DNA of 64,000 nucleotides from Eledone cirrhosa (lineage: Eukaryota), in assembly GCA_964016885.1 (NCBI GenBank), contig OZ024740.1:334118001-334182000 (forward strand), written 5' to 3'. The stretch's first letter is position 1, and each line of letters opens with the position of its first letter. The translations under genes were made by a program, and so were the position numbers. The notes beneath the pieces were generated by a model. The model saw nothing but the letters and a program-made list of their open reading frames with translations, was not told the DNA's origin and ran no database searches. This document shows positions 40,021 through 52,759 of this stretch, one piece after another.

Positions 40021-41553
40021 GTAAGTTTTGAATTTTTAACATATTTAAATCATTTGTGAAATAACAACTCTTAGTACAAATGCTACGTAAAGCACCGGGC
40101 TTGAGCCCCAAAAAAATTCGGACCCAAAATATATTGTTATAAGGCTCAAATATTCAAATATTCAACTTTGTATTGTACACTGTATATCCCAAAAAAAATG
40201 GCTATAAATGGAAGAAGAAGAACCCCCCCCCCCTCCCCTCCTCTGGCTACACTATATAGGACAGCTAAACTCACCAACACCAGAAACTAGATACACCACC
40301 CACCCCATCATCTGTGTACACTAAACACAACAGCATTTTCACCTTCACCGCCACCGCTCACTACGGCCATCATTACCACCACTATCCCATCACCGCCGCC
40401 ACCACCCCTTGACTTCTTCACTGCTGCTGCCACCGCTACAGCACCATCACTACAGTAATACGGCTCAAATATTCAAATATTCAACTTTGTATTGTACACT
40501 GTATATCCAAAAAAAAATAAAATGGCTATAAATGGAAGAAGAAGAAACCCCCCCCCCCTCCTCTCCTCTGGCTACACTATATAGGACAGCGAAACTCACC
40601 AACACCAGAAACTAGATACACCACCCACCCCATCATCTGTGTACACTAAACACAACAGCATTTTCACCTTCACCGCCACCGCTCACTACGGCCATCATTA
40701 CCACCACTATCCCATCACCGCCGCCACCACCCCTTGACTCCTTCACTGCTGCTGCCACCGCTACAGCACCATCACTACAGTAATACGGCTCAAATATTCA
40801 AATATTCAACTTTGTATTGTACACTGTATATCCAAAAAAAAAAAAAATAAAATGGCTATAAATGGAAGAAGAAGAACCCCCCCCCCTCTCCTCTGGCTAC
40901 ACTATATAGGACAGCGAAACTCACCAACACCAGAAACTAGATACACCACCCACCCCATCATCTGTGTACACTAAACACAACAGCATTTTCACCTTCACCG
41001 CCACCGCTCACTACGGCCATCATTACCACCACTATCCTATCACCGCCGCCACCACCCCTGACTCCTTCACTGCTGCTGCCAACGCTACAGCACCATCACT
41101 ACAGTAATACGGTCGCATCACCGCCACCACTGCCTCGGTACCGACATCACCACCACCACTGTCTCAGTATCGCCAACGCCGCCAGTCTCTGCTGGCTACC
41201 ACTTCCACATTATAGAATTCCTACTACTAACAAAGAGGAAGGCATCAAAATATATAGATAGACTCAAAAGAAAAAAGAAAAAACAAACAACAAAAGCAGC
41301 ACAGCAACAACAGTAAAAAACGAGAAAAACAGAGAAAAACAAAAACAAAAAAAGAAACCCCAAAAACGTAAAGAAAATAAGAATGAAGAGAGAAGCAGGC
41401 GGACGGACAGAGAAGAGGGGGGAAAAAGTAAAACTTAAAAAACAAAAACTAAGTCAGACATTCGAATACTACATTACAATGAAACTTATGCTTATTCATT
41501 TTTGGGGCCCTTTCTGCCCGTGTGTTTGTTTGTTTATGTGTGTCCGTATACAG
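40021..41553 (+). other. Putative spliceosomal intron in the leader of copy 4
   Basis: CCC|GTAAGT at 40021; CTTAT (41491), T/G-rich tract, TACAG| at 41549-41553. Confidence 0.55.
40143..41110 (+). repeat. Three tandem ~320-bp units
   Basis: Units start ggctcaaatattcaaatattc at 40143, 40462 and 40787; near-identical except homopolymer lengths. Confidence 0.95.
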
Positions 41554-41681
41554 CGTGGTGATAATGCCACACAAGGGCCAAGTGGGATGGCGGATCCACA
41601 GATGGCTATGTAAACATACATTCGCCAATCCTCGATAAGAGTGTTTAAATATCGAACATAAACAGTTCGAATAACGGTGAA

Positions 41682-44600
41682 ATGGAGACTAGAAAGTCAT
41701 GTGACAGACTCTCACCCAACAGGTGCCCCCTGGCTCAGCAGCAGGAACCTGACTGTCAACCAAATACTGCTGATGTTGGAGGAAGAAGAAGAAGGAAAGG
41801 GGCCAGAACCAACTGGACGAAAGAATTGAATAGAACTGTTATGCAATGCTACCTGAAAAGTAACCCCAAGGAGAGGGGCTACAGGAGACGGATGCATAAC
41901 ATCTGGAACGAGATTGGTTTATTTAAATTAGATGAACAAAAATTGGCCGGGCAGGCTCGGGTAATAAGAACTAATGGGTGGATAAGCGAGCTGGAACTGG
42001 AGGAACTGAGCAGAGAGAATGGCTTGGAGATGGCGGGTGTAGTATGCCAGACAAGCGAGCCGGCGGGAAATGAAGGTGAGGAGGTCCTGAGAACGGAGGA
42101 ACCACCCGAAGCAGACAATGATCTGAATACTGAGATAAATAATACCTGGAACAGAGATACGGCCACTGAGGAGATGAATGCTGACGGGCTAGGACAAGAT
42201 TCGGTTGACATCCTAAATTTAGTGGTAGATGAGTTGAACAATGATAGTGGGAGACCTATGAACCTAAGATTTGTAGACAGGAAAAAGTTAAAAGAAACAA
42301 CAGCTAAGGTAAACAAAGTCATCCCATACCTTGAGGCGAGGAGTCTTCACCAGTGCAACAATATCCTCAAAGCAACAGCAAATACGGTGAGGAAACTACT
42401 TGGTATAAAAGCGAGAGGAAACAACAGACAAGAAAGAGCAGAGCCGTGGTGGAGGAAGCGACTGAGTGGGCAAATCGGGGAAATGAGAAATGACATAGGA
42501 AAGCTTGAGTTACTACTGAATGGGACACTAAAAACATAGGCACTAAAAATAGACTGGAAATAAAATACAAAACTAGGAGTAAAAAGCTAAATATTATCAT
42601 AGAGGAATTGAAGCAACGCATTGTAGCAAAGAGTGCCAAAATCAGGCGATACGAGAACAGAGTCAGTCAGTATAAACAGAACCGCATGTTCGACAACAAC
42701 CAGAAGATGCTGTTTGGACAGCTTGAGGGGAAAGAAAGAGGCAACGACTTGATCCCTGGGGCGGAACAAGCTAAAACATTCTGGAGAGGAATATGGGAGC
42801 AGGATGTTAGACACAATGCCCAGGCAGGGTGGATTGAGACAGTACAGAGGGAGATCGGTGAGCAGGCACAGCAACAGACTGATTTGAGTATCACAGTTGA
42901 AACTCTTAAGGGGCAAGCCAAAAAACTAACCAACTGGAAATCACCAGGCCCAGATGGTGTGCAGGGGTATTGGATTAAACATTTAACATCCCTCCACCCG
43001 AAGCTGACGGCCATGTTCAATGACTGCTTGGTGTCGGGTGAGGTGCCAGAGTGGTTGACAAAAGGTACCACAGTTCTGATAATGAAAGACCGAATCAAGG
43101 GTAATGATGTTACCAACTATAGACCTATCAGATGTCTGCCCGTAATGTGGAAACTGTTGACGAGCATTGTGTCTGAGGAAATCTACCATCACCTCCACAC
43201 AAACAACTTGTTGCCGGACGAACAGAAAGGATGCCGAAAGAAGTCACGTGGTACAAAGGACCAGTTGCTTATTGATAAGATGGTAATGGGGAATTGCAGG
43301 AGGAGACACACTGATCTTGCCATGGGATGGATAGACTACAGAAAGGCATTTGACATGGTGCCTCATTCCTGGATCACCAAAAGCCTGGAGATCTTCAGGG
43401 TGGCAGATAACATCAGACAGTTGCTGGGCAGGAGTATGGGGTCCTGGGAGACAGAGTTGACATCAACTGGAGTATCCTTGCGAAGCGTGAAGATCAAGAG
43501 AGGTATCTTCCAGGGAGATAGCCTGTCCCCTCTGTTGTTTGTCCTTGCCCTGATGCCCTTGACCATTATGCTGCGAAAAGTGAGAGCAGGATACAAGTTG
43601 GGAAGGGGAGAGCTTACCATCAATCACCTCCTCTTCATGGACGATCTTAAGCTCTTCGGGAAAAGTGAGAAGGAGTTGGATGTGCTTGTTGACACTGTCC
43701 GTATTTTCAGCAGTGATATATGTATGCAGTTTGGTATTGGTAAATGTGGAGTCATTGTGATGAGGAGGGGTAGGTTGAGCAGAAGTAACGGGATCCAGAT
43801 ACCAACAGGTGAGATGATAAAGGAAATTGACTCTGAGGAAGGATACAAGTATTTGGGCGTTCTGGAGGCTGATGGCATAAAGAACAAAAAAATGAAGGAA
43901 TTGTTAAGAACTGAATACATTCGGAGAGTAAGGAGCGTATTGAAGTCACATCTGAACAGCAGAAATGCCATAAGCGCAGTAAATTCCCGAGCTGTGTCTA
44001 TTATTAGGTACAGTGCGGGAATCCTGAGATGGAATGTTGCTGAACAAAAAGAAATGGATAGGAAGACTAGGAAGCTATTGACTATCTACAACATGTTCCA
44101 CAAGAGAAGTGATGTCGATAGACTCTACCTAAGGAGATCTGAGGGTGGAAGAGGTCTTATCAGCATAGAGGACTGTGTTCAGATGGAGAAAAACAACCTA
44201 TACAAATACGTGACCTATAGTAAGGAGCCAATGCTCAGAGCTGTACTGAAGGAGGGGACAGTAGGCCAGGGGATACCCAAGGAGGAAATAACATCAAGGA
44301 GGAAGAGCAGCCTTAAGGGAAAATCCCTTCATAGTACCTTCTTTGAGAAAACTGAATTTAGAGATCCACAGACATGGAACTGGTCGAGAAGAGGAGACCT
44401 CAAAAAGGCTACAGAAGGAATGCTAATGGCTGCGCAGGAGCAGGCCCTCAAAACGAAGTGGTTGAAGCACCATATCTACAAGGAGGAGGCTAGCCCACTG
44501 TGCAGGATCTGTGGAGGGAGAGAGGAGACTGTGGCTCACATTGTGTCCGAGTGTAAACACCTAGCCCAGACCCACTATAAGGGCTGGAGACACGATGTGA

Positions 44601-45073
44601 TGGGCAGGGTGATCCACTGGCACCTGTGCAAAGTAAACAATCTACCACATTCTGAGAAATGGTATGAGCATAGGCCAGAGGCGGTGATGGAGAACAGTCA
44701 GGTGAAGGTGCTGTGGGATTTTAGGATACAGACGGACAAAAAACTGGAACACAATAGACCTGACCTGGTGGTTGTGGACAAAGAAAAAAGATCGTGCTTG
44801 ATTGTGGATGTGGCCTGCCCGTTCGACACGAGAGTGCAAGAGAAGGAGAGGGAGAAAATTAACCGATACCAGGACCTAAAGTGGGAGGTGAAAAGGATTT
44901 GGAACTGCCATGAAGTCAAAGTGATCCCGATTGTCATAGGCGCACTGGGGACTATCTCCAAAGGTTTCCAGGGATGGTTAAAGAAAATCGGCCCCTTCAC
45001 GCTTTTTGGAACGCTTCAAAAGGCATGCTTGCTTGGAACGGCAAGAACCCTCCGATACGTCCTGAATATCTGA
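41682..45073 (+). CDS. Dong/R4-like protein (N-terminal domain, RT, CCHC, restriction-like endonuclease), one frameshift near 42535
   Basis: 285-aa and 821-aa ORFs join if one A is restored in ctaaaaacatag (other copies ctaaaaaacatag); KSPGPDG, YRPI, GIFQGDSLSPLLF, FMDD, YKYLG, CCHC, RHD, PD..D, K..RY. Confidence 0.88.
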
Positions 45074-45159
45074 GGCTGCAGGTAGTGGCTTGATATTCAA
45101 TCCAACGGACTTTCCAGTTAACCAACATCAATGACTGAGATTCAAGGAATAACAATAAC

Positions 45160-45193
<34 letters not shown>

Positions 45194-45240
45194 GGGAAGA
45201 AAAACGAACATGGTGGATATATCGTTATGGAATCGCTCCC

Positions 45241-46081
45241 GTAAGTTTTTAATTTTTACATATATAAAACAACTGTGATAGAATAATTCTTATTTCAAAT
45301 GAAACATAAGATTACAGTTTTGATTCTCAGCAAGCGACAACGCATCACATTATGACATGGGTCCCAATATTTAATATTTAATTTTGGATCAGAAATGTTA
45401 TAGTCAAAGAAGAGGAAAATGGCTACGTGGACAGACAGGCAAATAATTTCACCACCAACACCACGACCGCCACTATCACCACTACCACACGAAAAAACTC
45501 TAGCCAAGTTACTCCAACTTCTATTTCTACCTCAACTTCAACACCATCACAACAGTACTACAATCACATCACCACCACCACCACTGCCTCATTATCGCTA
45601 CCGCCGCTATTCTCTCCCACTACCTCCTGCTAAGTACTACTAGCACATCATCACCACCACCACTGACTCATTATCACTACCGCCGCTATTCTCTCCCACT
45701 ACCACCTGCTAAGTAATACTATCACATCACCACCACCACCACTACGTCATTATCGCTACCGCCGCTATTTTCTCCCTCTATCTCCTGCCAAGACAGAGGG
45801 ATCGTAGTATTCCCACTAAGTGAGGAAGGTATCAAAAGAAATAAATAGACTGATTTGATGACCCGGTCAGAAAATCAAAAAATCAAAAATTAAAATCAAA
45901 ACAGCACAGCAGCAACGAAAAACGTAAAGAAAATAAAAAAGAAAATAAAAACAAAAAAAACAAGACAAACGAACAAACAAAACTAAGTCAGACATTCAAA
46001 CATTACATTACAATGAAACTTATTCTTATTTTTTTAAGTTTTTACCTATTTATTTGTTTATTTATTTATGTTCGTCTACAG
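45241..46081 (+). other. Putative spliceosomal intron in the leader of copy 5
   Basis: CCC|GTAAGT at 45241; CTTAT, T-rich tract, CTACAG| ending at 46081. Confidence 0.55.
45565..45790 (+). repeat. Three tandem ~78-bp CAC-rich units
   Basis: cacatcaccaccaccaccactgcctcattatcgctaccgccgctattctctcccact...gctaagta repeated; two copies in the homologous region 62820-62980. Confidence 0.88.
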
Positions 46082-49000
46082 CGTGATAGTGCCACGCTAA
46101 AATCACCGGGGTCATCAAATCACTGGGGGTGATGAAATCACTGGTGGTTATGTAAACATACATTCACCAATACTCGATATGAGTGTTTAAATGTCGAACC
46201 TAAACAGTTAGAATAACGGTGATGTGGAGGCTGGAATGTCATTTGACAGACTCTCACTCAGCAGGTGCTCACTGGGCCAGCAGCAGGGACCTGGCTGTCA
46301 TCCTAATACTGCTGGTGTTGGTGGAAGAAGAAAATGGAAAGGGACCAGAACCAACTGGACGAAAGAATTGAATAGAACTGTTATGCAATGTTACCTGAAG
46401 AGTAACCCCAAGGAAAAAGGCTATAGGAAACGAATGCATAGCATCTGGAACGAGATGGGTCTATTTAAATTAGATGAACAAAAATTGGCCGTGCAGGCTC
46501 GGGTAATAAGAACTAATGGGTGGATAAGGGAGCTGGAAATGGAGGAACTGATCAGAGAGATTAGATTGGAAATAGAGAGTGGAGTATGCCAGGCAAACGA
46601 GTCAGTGGGAGATGAAGGTGAAGAGGTTGAGAGAACGGAGGAAGCATCCGAAGCAGACAATGTTCTGAATGCTGAAATAAATAATACCTGGAACAAAGAT
46701 ACGGCCATTGAGCAAATGAATGCTGACGGGCTAGGACAAGATTTGATTGATATCCTAAACTTAGTGGTAGATGAAATGAACAATGATAGTGGGAAACCTA
46801 TGAACCTAAGATTTGTAGATGGGAAAAAGTTAAAAGAAAAAACAGCTAAGGTAAACATAGTCATCCCATACCTTGAGGCGAGGAAGCTTCACCAGTGCAA
46901 CAATATTCTCAAAGCAACAGCATATGCGGTGAGGAAATTACTTGGCATAAAAGCAAGAGGAAACAACAAACAAGAAAGATCAGAACCTTGGTGGAAGAAA
47001 CGACTGAATGGTCAAATCAGGGAAATGAGAAATGACATTGGAAAGCTTGAGTCCCTACTGAATGGGACACTACAGAACATAGACACTAAAAATAGACTGG
47101 AAATAAAGTACAAAACTAGGAGGAAAATCTAAATAGTGTCATAGAGGAACTGAAGCAACGCATTGTAGCAAAGAGTGCAAAGATTAGGCTATCCGAGAGC
47201 AGAGTCAGTCAGTATAGACAGAACGGCATGTTTGACAACAGCCAGAAGATGTTGTTTGGACAGCTTGAAGGGAAAGAAAGAGGCAACGACTTGATCCCTG
47301 AGGCGGAACAAACTAAGACATTCTGGAGAGGAATATGGGAGCAGGATGTTGAACATAATGATTAGGCAGTGTGGATTGAGACAGTACAAAAGAGGTTAGT
47401 GAACAGTCACACCAACAAACTGATTTGAGTATCACAGTTGAAACTCTTAAGAGGCAGGCCAGAAAACGAATCAACTAGAAATCACTAGGCCCAGATGGTG
47501 TGCAGGGGTATTGGATTAAAAATATAACATCCCTTCACCCGAAATTGACAACCATGTTCAATGACTGCTTGATGTCAGGTGAGGTACCAGACTGGTTGAC
47601 AAAAGGTACCACAGTGCTGGTAATGAAAGACCGAATCAAGGATAATGATGTTACAAACAATAGACCTATCACATGTCTGTCCGTAATGGGGAAATTGTTA
47701 ACAAGCATTGTGTCTGAGGAAATCTACCATCACTCCACATAAACAACTTGTTACCGGCTGAACAGAAAGGATGCCGAAAGAAGTTCTGTGGTACAACGGA
47801 CCAGTTACTTATTGATAAGATGGAAATGAGGAATTTCAGGAGGAGACACACTGGTCTTGCCATGGGATGGATAGACTACAAAAAGGTATTCGACATGGTA
47901 CCTCATTATTGGATAACCAAAAACCTAGAGATCTTCAGGGTGGCAGATAGCATCAGACAGTTGTTGAGCAAAAGTATGAAGTCCTGGAAAACAGAGTTAA
48001 CATTGGGCGGAGAATCCTTGGGAGGCATGAGGATCAAGAGGTATCTTACAGGGAGATAGTTTGTCCCCTCTGTTGTTTGTCCTTGCCCTAATCTCCCTGA
48101 CCATTATACTGCGAAAATTGAGAGCAGGATATAAGTTGGGAAAAGGAGAGCTTACCATCAACCACCTCTTCTTCATGGACGATCTTAAAATCTTTCGGAA
48201 GAGTGAGAAGGAGTTGGATGTACTTGTTGACACTGTCCGTATTTTCATCAATGATATATGTTTACAATTTGGTATTAATAAGTGTCCTAGTTATGAAGAT
48301 GTGTAAATTGAGCAGAAGCAACGGAATCCAGGTACCAACAGGTGAGATGATAAAGGAAATTGACACTGAAGAAAGATACAAATATTTCGGTGTTCTGGAG
48401 GCAGATGACATCAACAACAACAAATGAAGGTATTGATATGATATGAGTACATTAGGAGAGTAAGGAGCGTATTAAAATCACATCTAAATAGCAGGAATGT
48501 CATAAGTGCAGTGAATTTCCGAGCTGTGTCTATTATCAAGTACAGTGCGGGAATTCTGAAATGGAAAGTTGCTGAACAAAAAGAAATGGATAGGAAGACT
48601 AGGAAGCTATTGACTATCTACAACATGTTCTACAAGAGGAGTAATGTCGATAGACTCTACTTAAAGATATATGAAGGTGGAAGATGTCTTTTCAGCATAG
48701 AAGTCTGTGTTCAGATGGAGAAAAACAACCTGTAAAATACGTGACTGACAGTAGGGAGCCAATGCTCAGAATTGTACTGAAGGAGAGGACAATTGACCAG
48801 GGGATGTCCAGGGAGCGAATAACAGCAAGGAGGTAAAGCAGCCTTCATGAAAAATCCCTTCATAGTACCTTCTTTGAGAAAACTGAATTCAGAGATCCAC
48901 AGACATGGAACTGGTTAAAAAGGGGAGACCTTAAAAAGGCTACAGAAGGAATGCTAATGGCTGGGCAAGAGCAAGCCCTCAGAACGAAGTGGATGAAACA

Positions 49001-49095
49001 TCATATTTACAAGGAGGAGGCTAGCCCACTGTGTAGGATATGTGGATCCACTGGAACCTATGCAAAGTAAACAATTTACCGCATTCTGATACAAT

Positions 49096-51270
49096 GCATT
49101 CGAAGCAGACAATGATCTGAATGCTGAAATAAATAACATCTGGAACAAAGATAGAGTCATTGAGGAAATAAATGCTGACGGACTAGGACAAGATTTGGTT
49201 GATATCCTAAACTTAGTGGTAGATGAAATGAACAATGATAGTGGGAAACCTATGAACCTAAGATTTGTAGAGAGGAAAAAGTTAAAAGAAACAACAGCTA
49301 AAGTAAACAAAGTCATCCCATACCTTGAGGCGAGGAACCTTGAACAATGCAATAATATCCTCAAGGCAACAGCAAATGCGGTGAGGAAATTACTTAGTAT
49401 AAAAACGAGAGGAAACAACAAACAAGAAAGATCAGAACCTTGGTGGAAGAAACGACTGAGTGGTCAAATCAAGGAAATGAGAAATGACATTGGAAAGCTT
49501 GAGTTCCTACTGAATGGGACACTAAAAAACATAGAGACTAAAAATAGACCGAAAATAAAGTACAAAACTAGGGGGGAACACTAAATATCATCATAGAGGT
49601 ACTGATGCAAAGAGTGCAAAGATTATGCTGTATGAGAGCAGAGTCAGTCAGAATAGACAGAACCGCATATTCGTCAAAAACCAGAAGATGTTGTTTGGAC
49701 AGGTTGAAGAGGCAACGACTTGATCCCTGAGGCGGAACAGACAAAGACATTCTGGAGGGGAATATTGGAGGAGAATGTTGAACGGGTGAGGTTCCAGAGT
49801 GGTTGACACAATGTACCACAGTTCTAGTAATGAAAGCCAGAACCAAGGGTGATGATATTACAAACTATAGACATATCACATGTCTGTCCGTAATGTGAAA
49901 ACTGTTAACAAGCATTGTGTCGGAGGAAATCTACCATCACCTCCACATAAACAACCTGTTGCCGGACGAACAGAAAGGATGCCGAAAGATGTCCCGTGGT
50001 ACAAAAGACGAGTTACTTATTGATAAGATGGTAATGAGGAATTGCAAGAGGAGACACACTGGTATTGACATGGTATGGATAGAATACAAAAAGGCATTCG
50101 ACATGTTACCTCGTTTTGGATAACCAAAAGTCTAGAGTCTAGAGAGACAGTTGTTGAGCAAAAGTATAAAGTCCTGGGAAATAGAGTTAACATCGGGTGG
50201 AGAATCCTTGGGAGGTATTAAGATCAAGACAGGTATCTTCCAGGGGGGATAGTTTGTCCCCTCTGTTGTTTGTCCTTTCCCTGACATCCCTGACCATTAT
50301 ACTGCGAAAGGTGAGAGCAGGATACATGTTGGGAAAAGGAGAGCTTACCATCAATCACCTCTTCATGGACGATCTTAAACTCTTTGGGAAGAGTGAGAAG
50401 GAGTTGGATGTACTTGTTGACACTGTCACAATTTTCAGCAATGATATATGTATGGAATTTGGTGTTAATAAGTGTGGAGTTCTAGTGATGAAGAGGGGTA
50501 AATTGAGCAGAAGCAACGGAATCCAGGTACCAATAGGTGAGATGATATAGGAAATTGACACTGAAGAGGGGTCAAATATTTAGTTGTTCTGGAGGCAGAT
50601 GACATTAAGAACAAAAAGAGGAAGGAATTGATAAGCTGAGTACATTAGGAGAGTAAGGAGCGTATTAAAGTCACATCTAAATAGCAGGAATGACATAAGT
50701 GCAGTGAATTCCCAAGCTGTGTCTATTATTCGGTATAGTGTGGGAATTTTGAAATGGAATGTTGCTGAACAAAAAGAAATGGATAGGAAGACTAGGAAGC
50801 TATTGACTATCTACAACATGTTCTACAAGAGGAGTAATGTTGAGAGATTCTACTTAAAGAGATCTGAAGGTGGAAGAGGTCTTATCAGCATAGAGGACTG
50901 TGCTCAGATGGAGAAAAACAACCTGTACAAATACGTGACTGACAGTAGGGAGACAATGCTCAGAATTGTACTGAAGGAGAGGACATTAGACCAGGAGATT
51001 TCCAAGGAGGAAATAACAAGAAGGAAGAGCAACCTTCATGAAAAATCCCTTCATTATACCTTCTTTGAGAAAACTGAATTTAGAGATCCACAGACCTGGA
51101 ACTGGTTAAAAAGAGGAGACCTTAAAAAGGCTACAGAAGGAATTCTAATGGCTGCGCAAGAGCAGGCCCTCAGAACGAAGTGGGTGAAACACCATATTTA
51201 CTAGGAGGATGCTAGCCCACTGTGTAGGATCTGTGAAGAGAGAGAGGACACTGTGGCTCACATTGTATCA
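49096..51270 (+). mobile_element. Dong/R4-like family A copy 6, degraded, fused to copy 5
   Basis: Restarts at gcattcgaagcagacaatg (N-terminal region), runs through RT to the CCHC knuckle. Confidence 0.87.
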
Positions 51271-51507
51271 CATTGAGACTCAATGTCTGACTTAGTTTTT
51301 TTTTTGTTTGTTTTCCTTTTTGTTTTTCAAGGGCAGTAACATTGGTTAGTGGTCTTGTTGTTGCTACTGCTGCTCTTTTTGATTTTAGCTACGTGGGAAG
51401 TAGAGGTTGTTGCGTTCAAAACTTTTGAAATCTGTTTTTCTTTTGCTCTTGCGTTTGTTTTTTTCTGTGTTCTGTTCTGTAATTTTTCGTCTTGTTGCTT
51501 ATCATTG

Positions 51508-51760
51508 AATTGGCAGTATCGGTAGAGGGTTGGACGCCATGCTTTCTAACATAGTTACGTCCCTTTACGGTCTGAGTTCAAATCCCGCCAAGGTTAACTT
51601 TGCCTTTCATCCTTACGGGGTCAATAAAATAAAGTACCAGTAAAGTACTCGATCATTGCTGGCCTTGTGCCTAATGTAGAAACAATTATTATTATTATTA
51701 TTATACCAGTAATGCACTGGGTAATTGCTGGCCTTGTGCCAAAAAGTAGAAACAAATAGT
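51508..51760 (+). mobile_element. tRNA-derived SINE with (ATT)n tail and duplicated 3' end
   Basis: A-box TGGCAGTATCGG, B-box GTTCAAATC, shared core, tail at ~51685-51704. Confidence 0.87.
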
Positions 51761-51778
51761 ATTGTTATTTGACATTAC

Positions 51779-51967
51779 TGGATTGGCAGTATAAGTAGAG
51801 GGTCGGACGCCATGCTTTGCAGCAAAGAGTTACCGCCCTTTATGGTCTGCTTTCAAATCCCGCCGAGGTTAACTTTGCCTTTCATTCTTACGGGGTTGAT
51901 AAAATAAAGTCCAGTAATACACTGAGATAATTGTTGGCCTTGTGCCAAAAGTAGAAACAATTATTAT
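51779..51967 (+). mobile_element. tRNA-derived SINE
   Basis: Homologous to the other three copies. Confidence 0.85.
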
Positions 51968-52571
51968 TTGACATCGTTTAACCTAAACATTTTTAGAGAG
52001 TTTAGAGATACAACAACAATAATTATTATGGTGTTTCCGTTTGCTGTTTGACCGGGTCACTAAATCAGTCTATTTATATCTTTTGGTGACTTCCTCGTTT
52101 CCTAATCATGTGTAGTGGCACTACTAACTTCCCTCTCTTAACATGAAGTAGTGAGGGAATAGTGGTGGTAGCAATGATGCAGTAGTGACGGTAGTGATGG
52201 AATAGTGGTACTGTAGTGATGGTGTTGTTGCTGCTGTTGGTTTGTATCTAGCTAAATTTGTTGTGGTAGAGGTGGTGGTGTCGGATGGGTTTTGTCGTGA
52301 AATTATTTGGCTGTTGTTTTCTTCTATTTGTGACCATTTGTAACCATTTTCTTTTTTGACTATAAAAGACCTATGCCATAGTGTTATAAGTTGTCACTTC
52401 CTGAGAGCTAAGACTGGTGTCTTATGTCACATTTGTAATAAGAATTATTCTATCACAATTGTTTTAAATATGTAAAAATCAAAAACTTACCGGAGCGATT
52501 CCATAACACTCTATCCACCATGTGAGTATTCTTCCCTCATTATATTATTATTATTATTATTATTATTATTT

Positions 52572-52685
52572 TTATTTTCTTTCATTATTGTTTCTGAGAT
52601 ATATGCCGAGTGTCTTCCTGACACCTTGGGCAAATAAATTCACAGTGTGCTTTGGTAAGCCAGTTAATAAGACACATTGATTATA
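52572..52685 (-). mobile_element. Short 3'-terminal fragment of a non-LTR element with AAT tail
   Basis: Near-duplicate of 53556-53660; ends in (AAT)n on the minus strand. Confidence 0.65.
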
Positions 52686-52759
52686 ATTTAAAAAAAACAA
52701 TAAAAAAAACAGTATACATATATACACATGTGCATATGCATATGTAAATACAAGGAGGG

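Larger units (their letters stand above)
39977..45147 (+). mobile_element. Dong/R4-like family A copy 4 with long leader, nearly intact
   Basis: Bounded by (AAT)n on both sides; leader homologous to those of copies 5 and 7; complete ORF with one frameshift. Confidence 0.88.
45193..49095 (+). mobile_element. Dong/R4-like family A copy 5 with leader, degraded, 3' end missing
   Basis: Follows (AAT)n 45148-45192; leader 45193-46170, ORF fragments 46224-49090. Confidence 0.88.
51275..52540 (-). mobile_element. Orphan family-A-type leader (no ORF), interrupted by SINEs
   Basis: Minus strand (AAT)n-gagggaagaatactcacatggtgg...gctccg|GTAAGT (donor 52490), TATAAATAG...TGACCCGGTCA, aaactaagtcagacatt. 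Confidence 0.8.

Noticed and set aside
40000-40060. Spliced-leader RNA gene interpretation of the short exon plus GTAAGT
   Set aside because: No convincing Sm site or SL stem-loops, exon copies are too divergent, and a cis acceptor is present downstream
45850-45870. C/D box snoRNA (TGATGA, CTGA) in the putative intron
   Set aside because: TGATGA is TAGTGA in two other copies and no correctly placed D box follows
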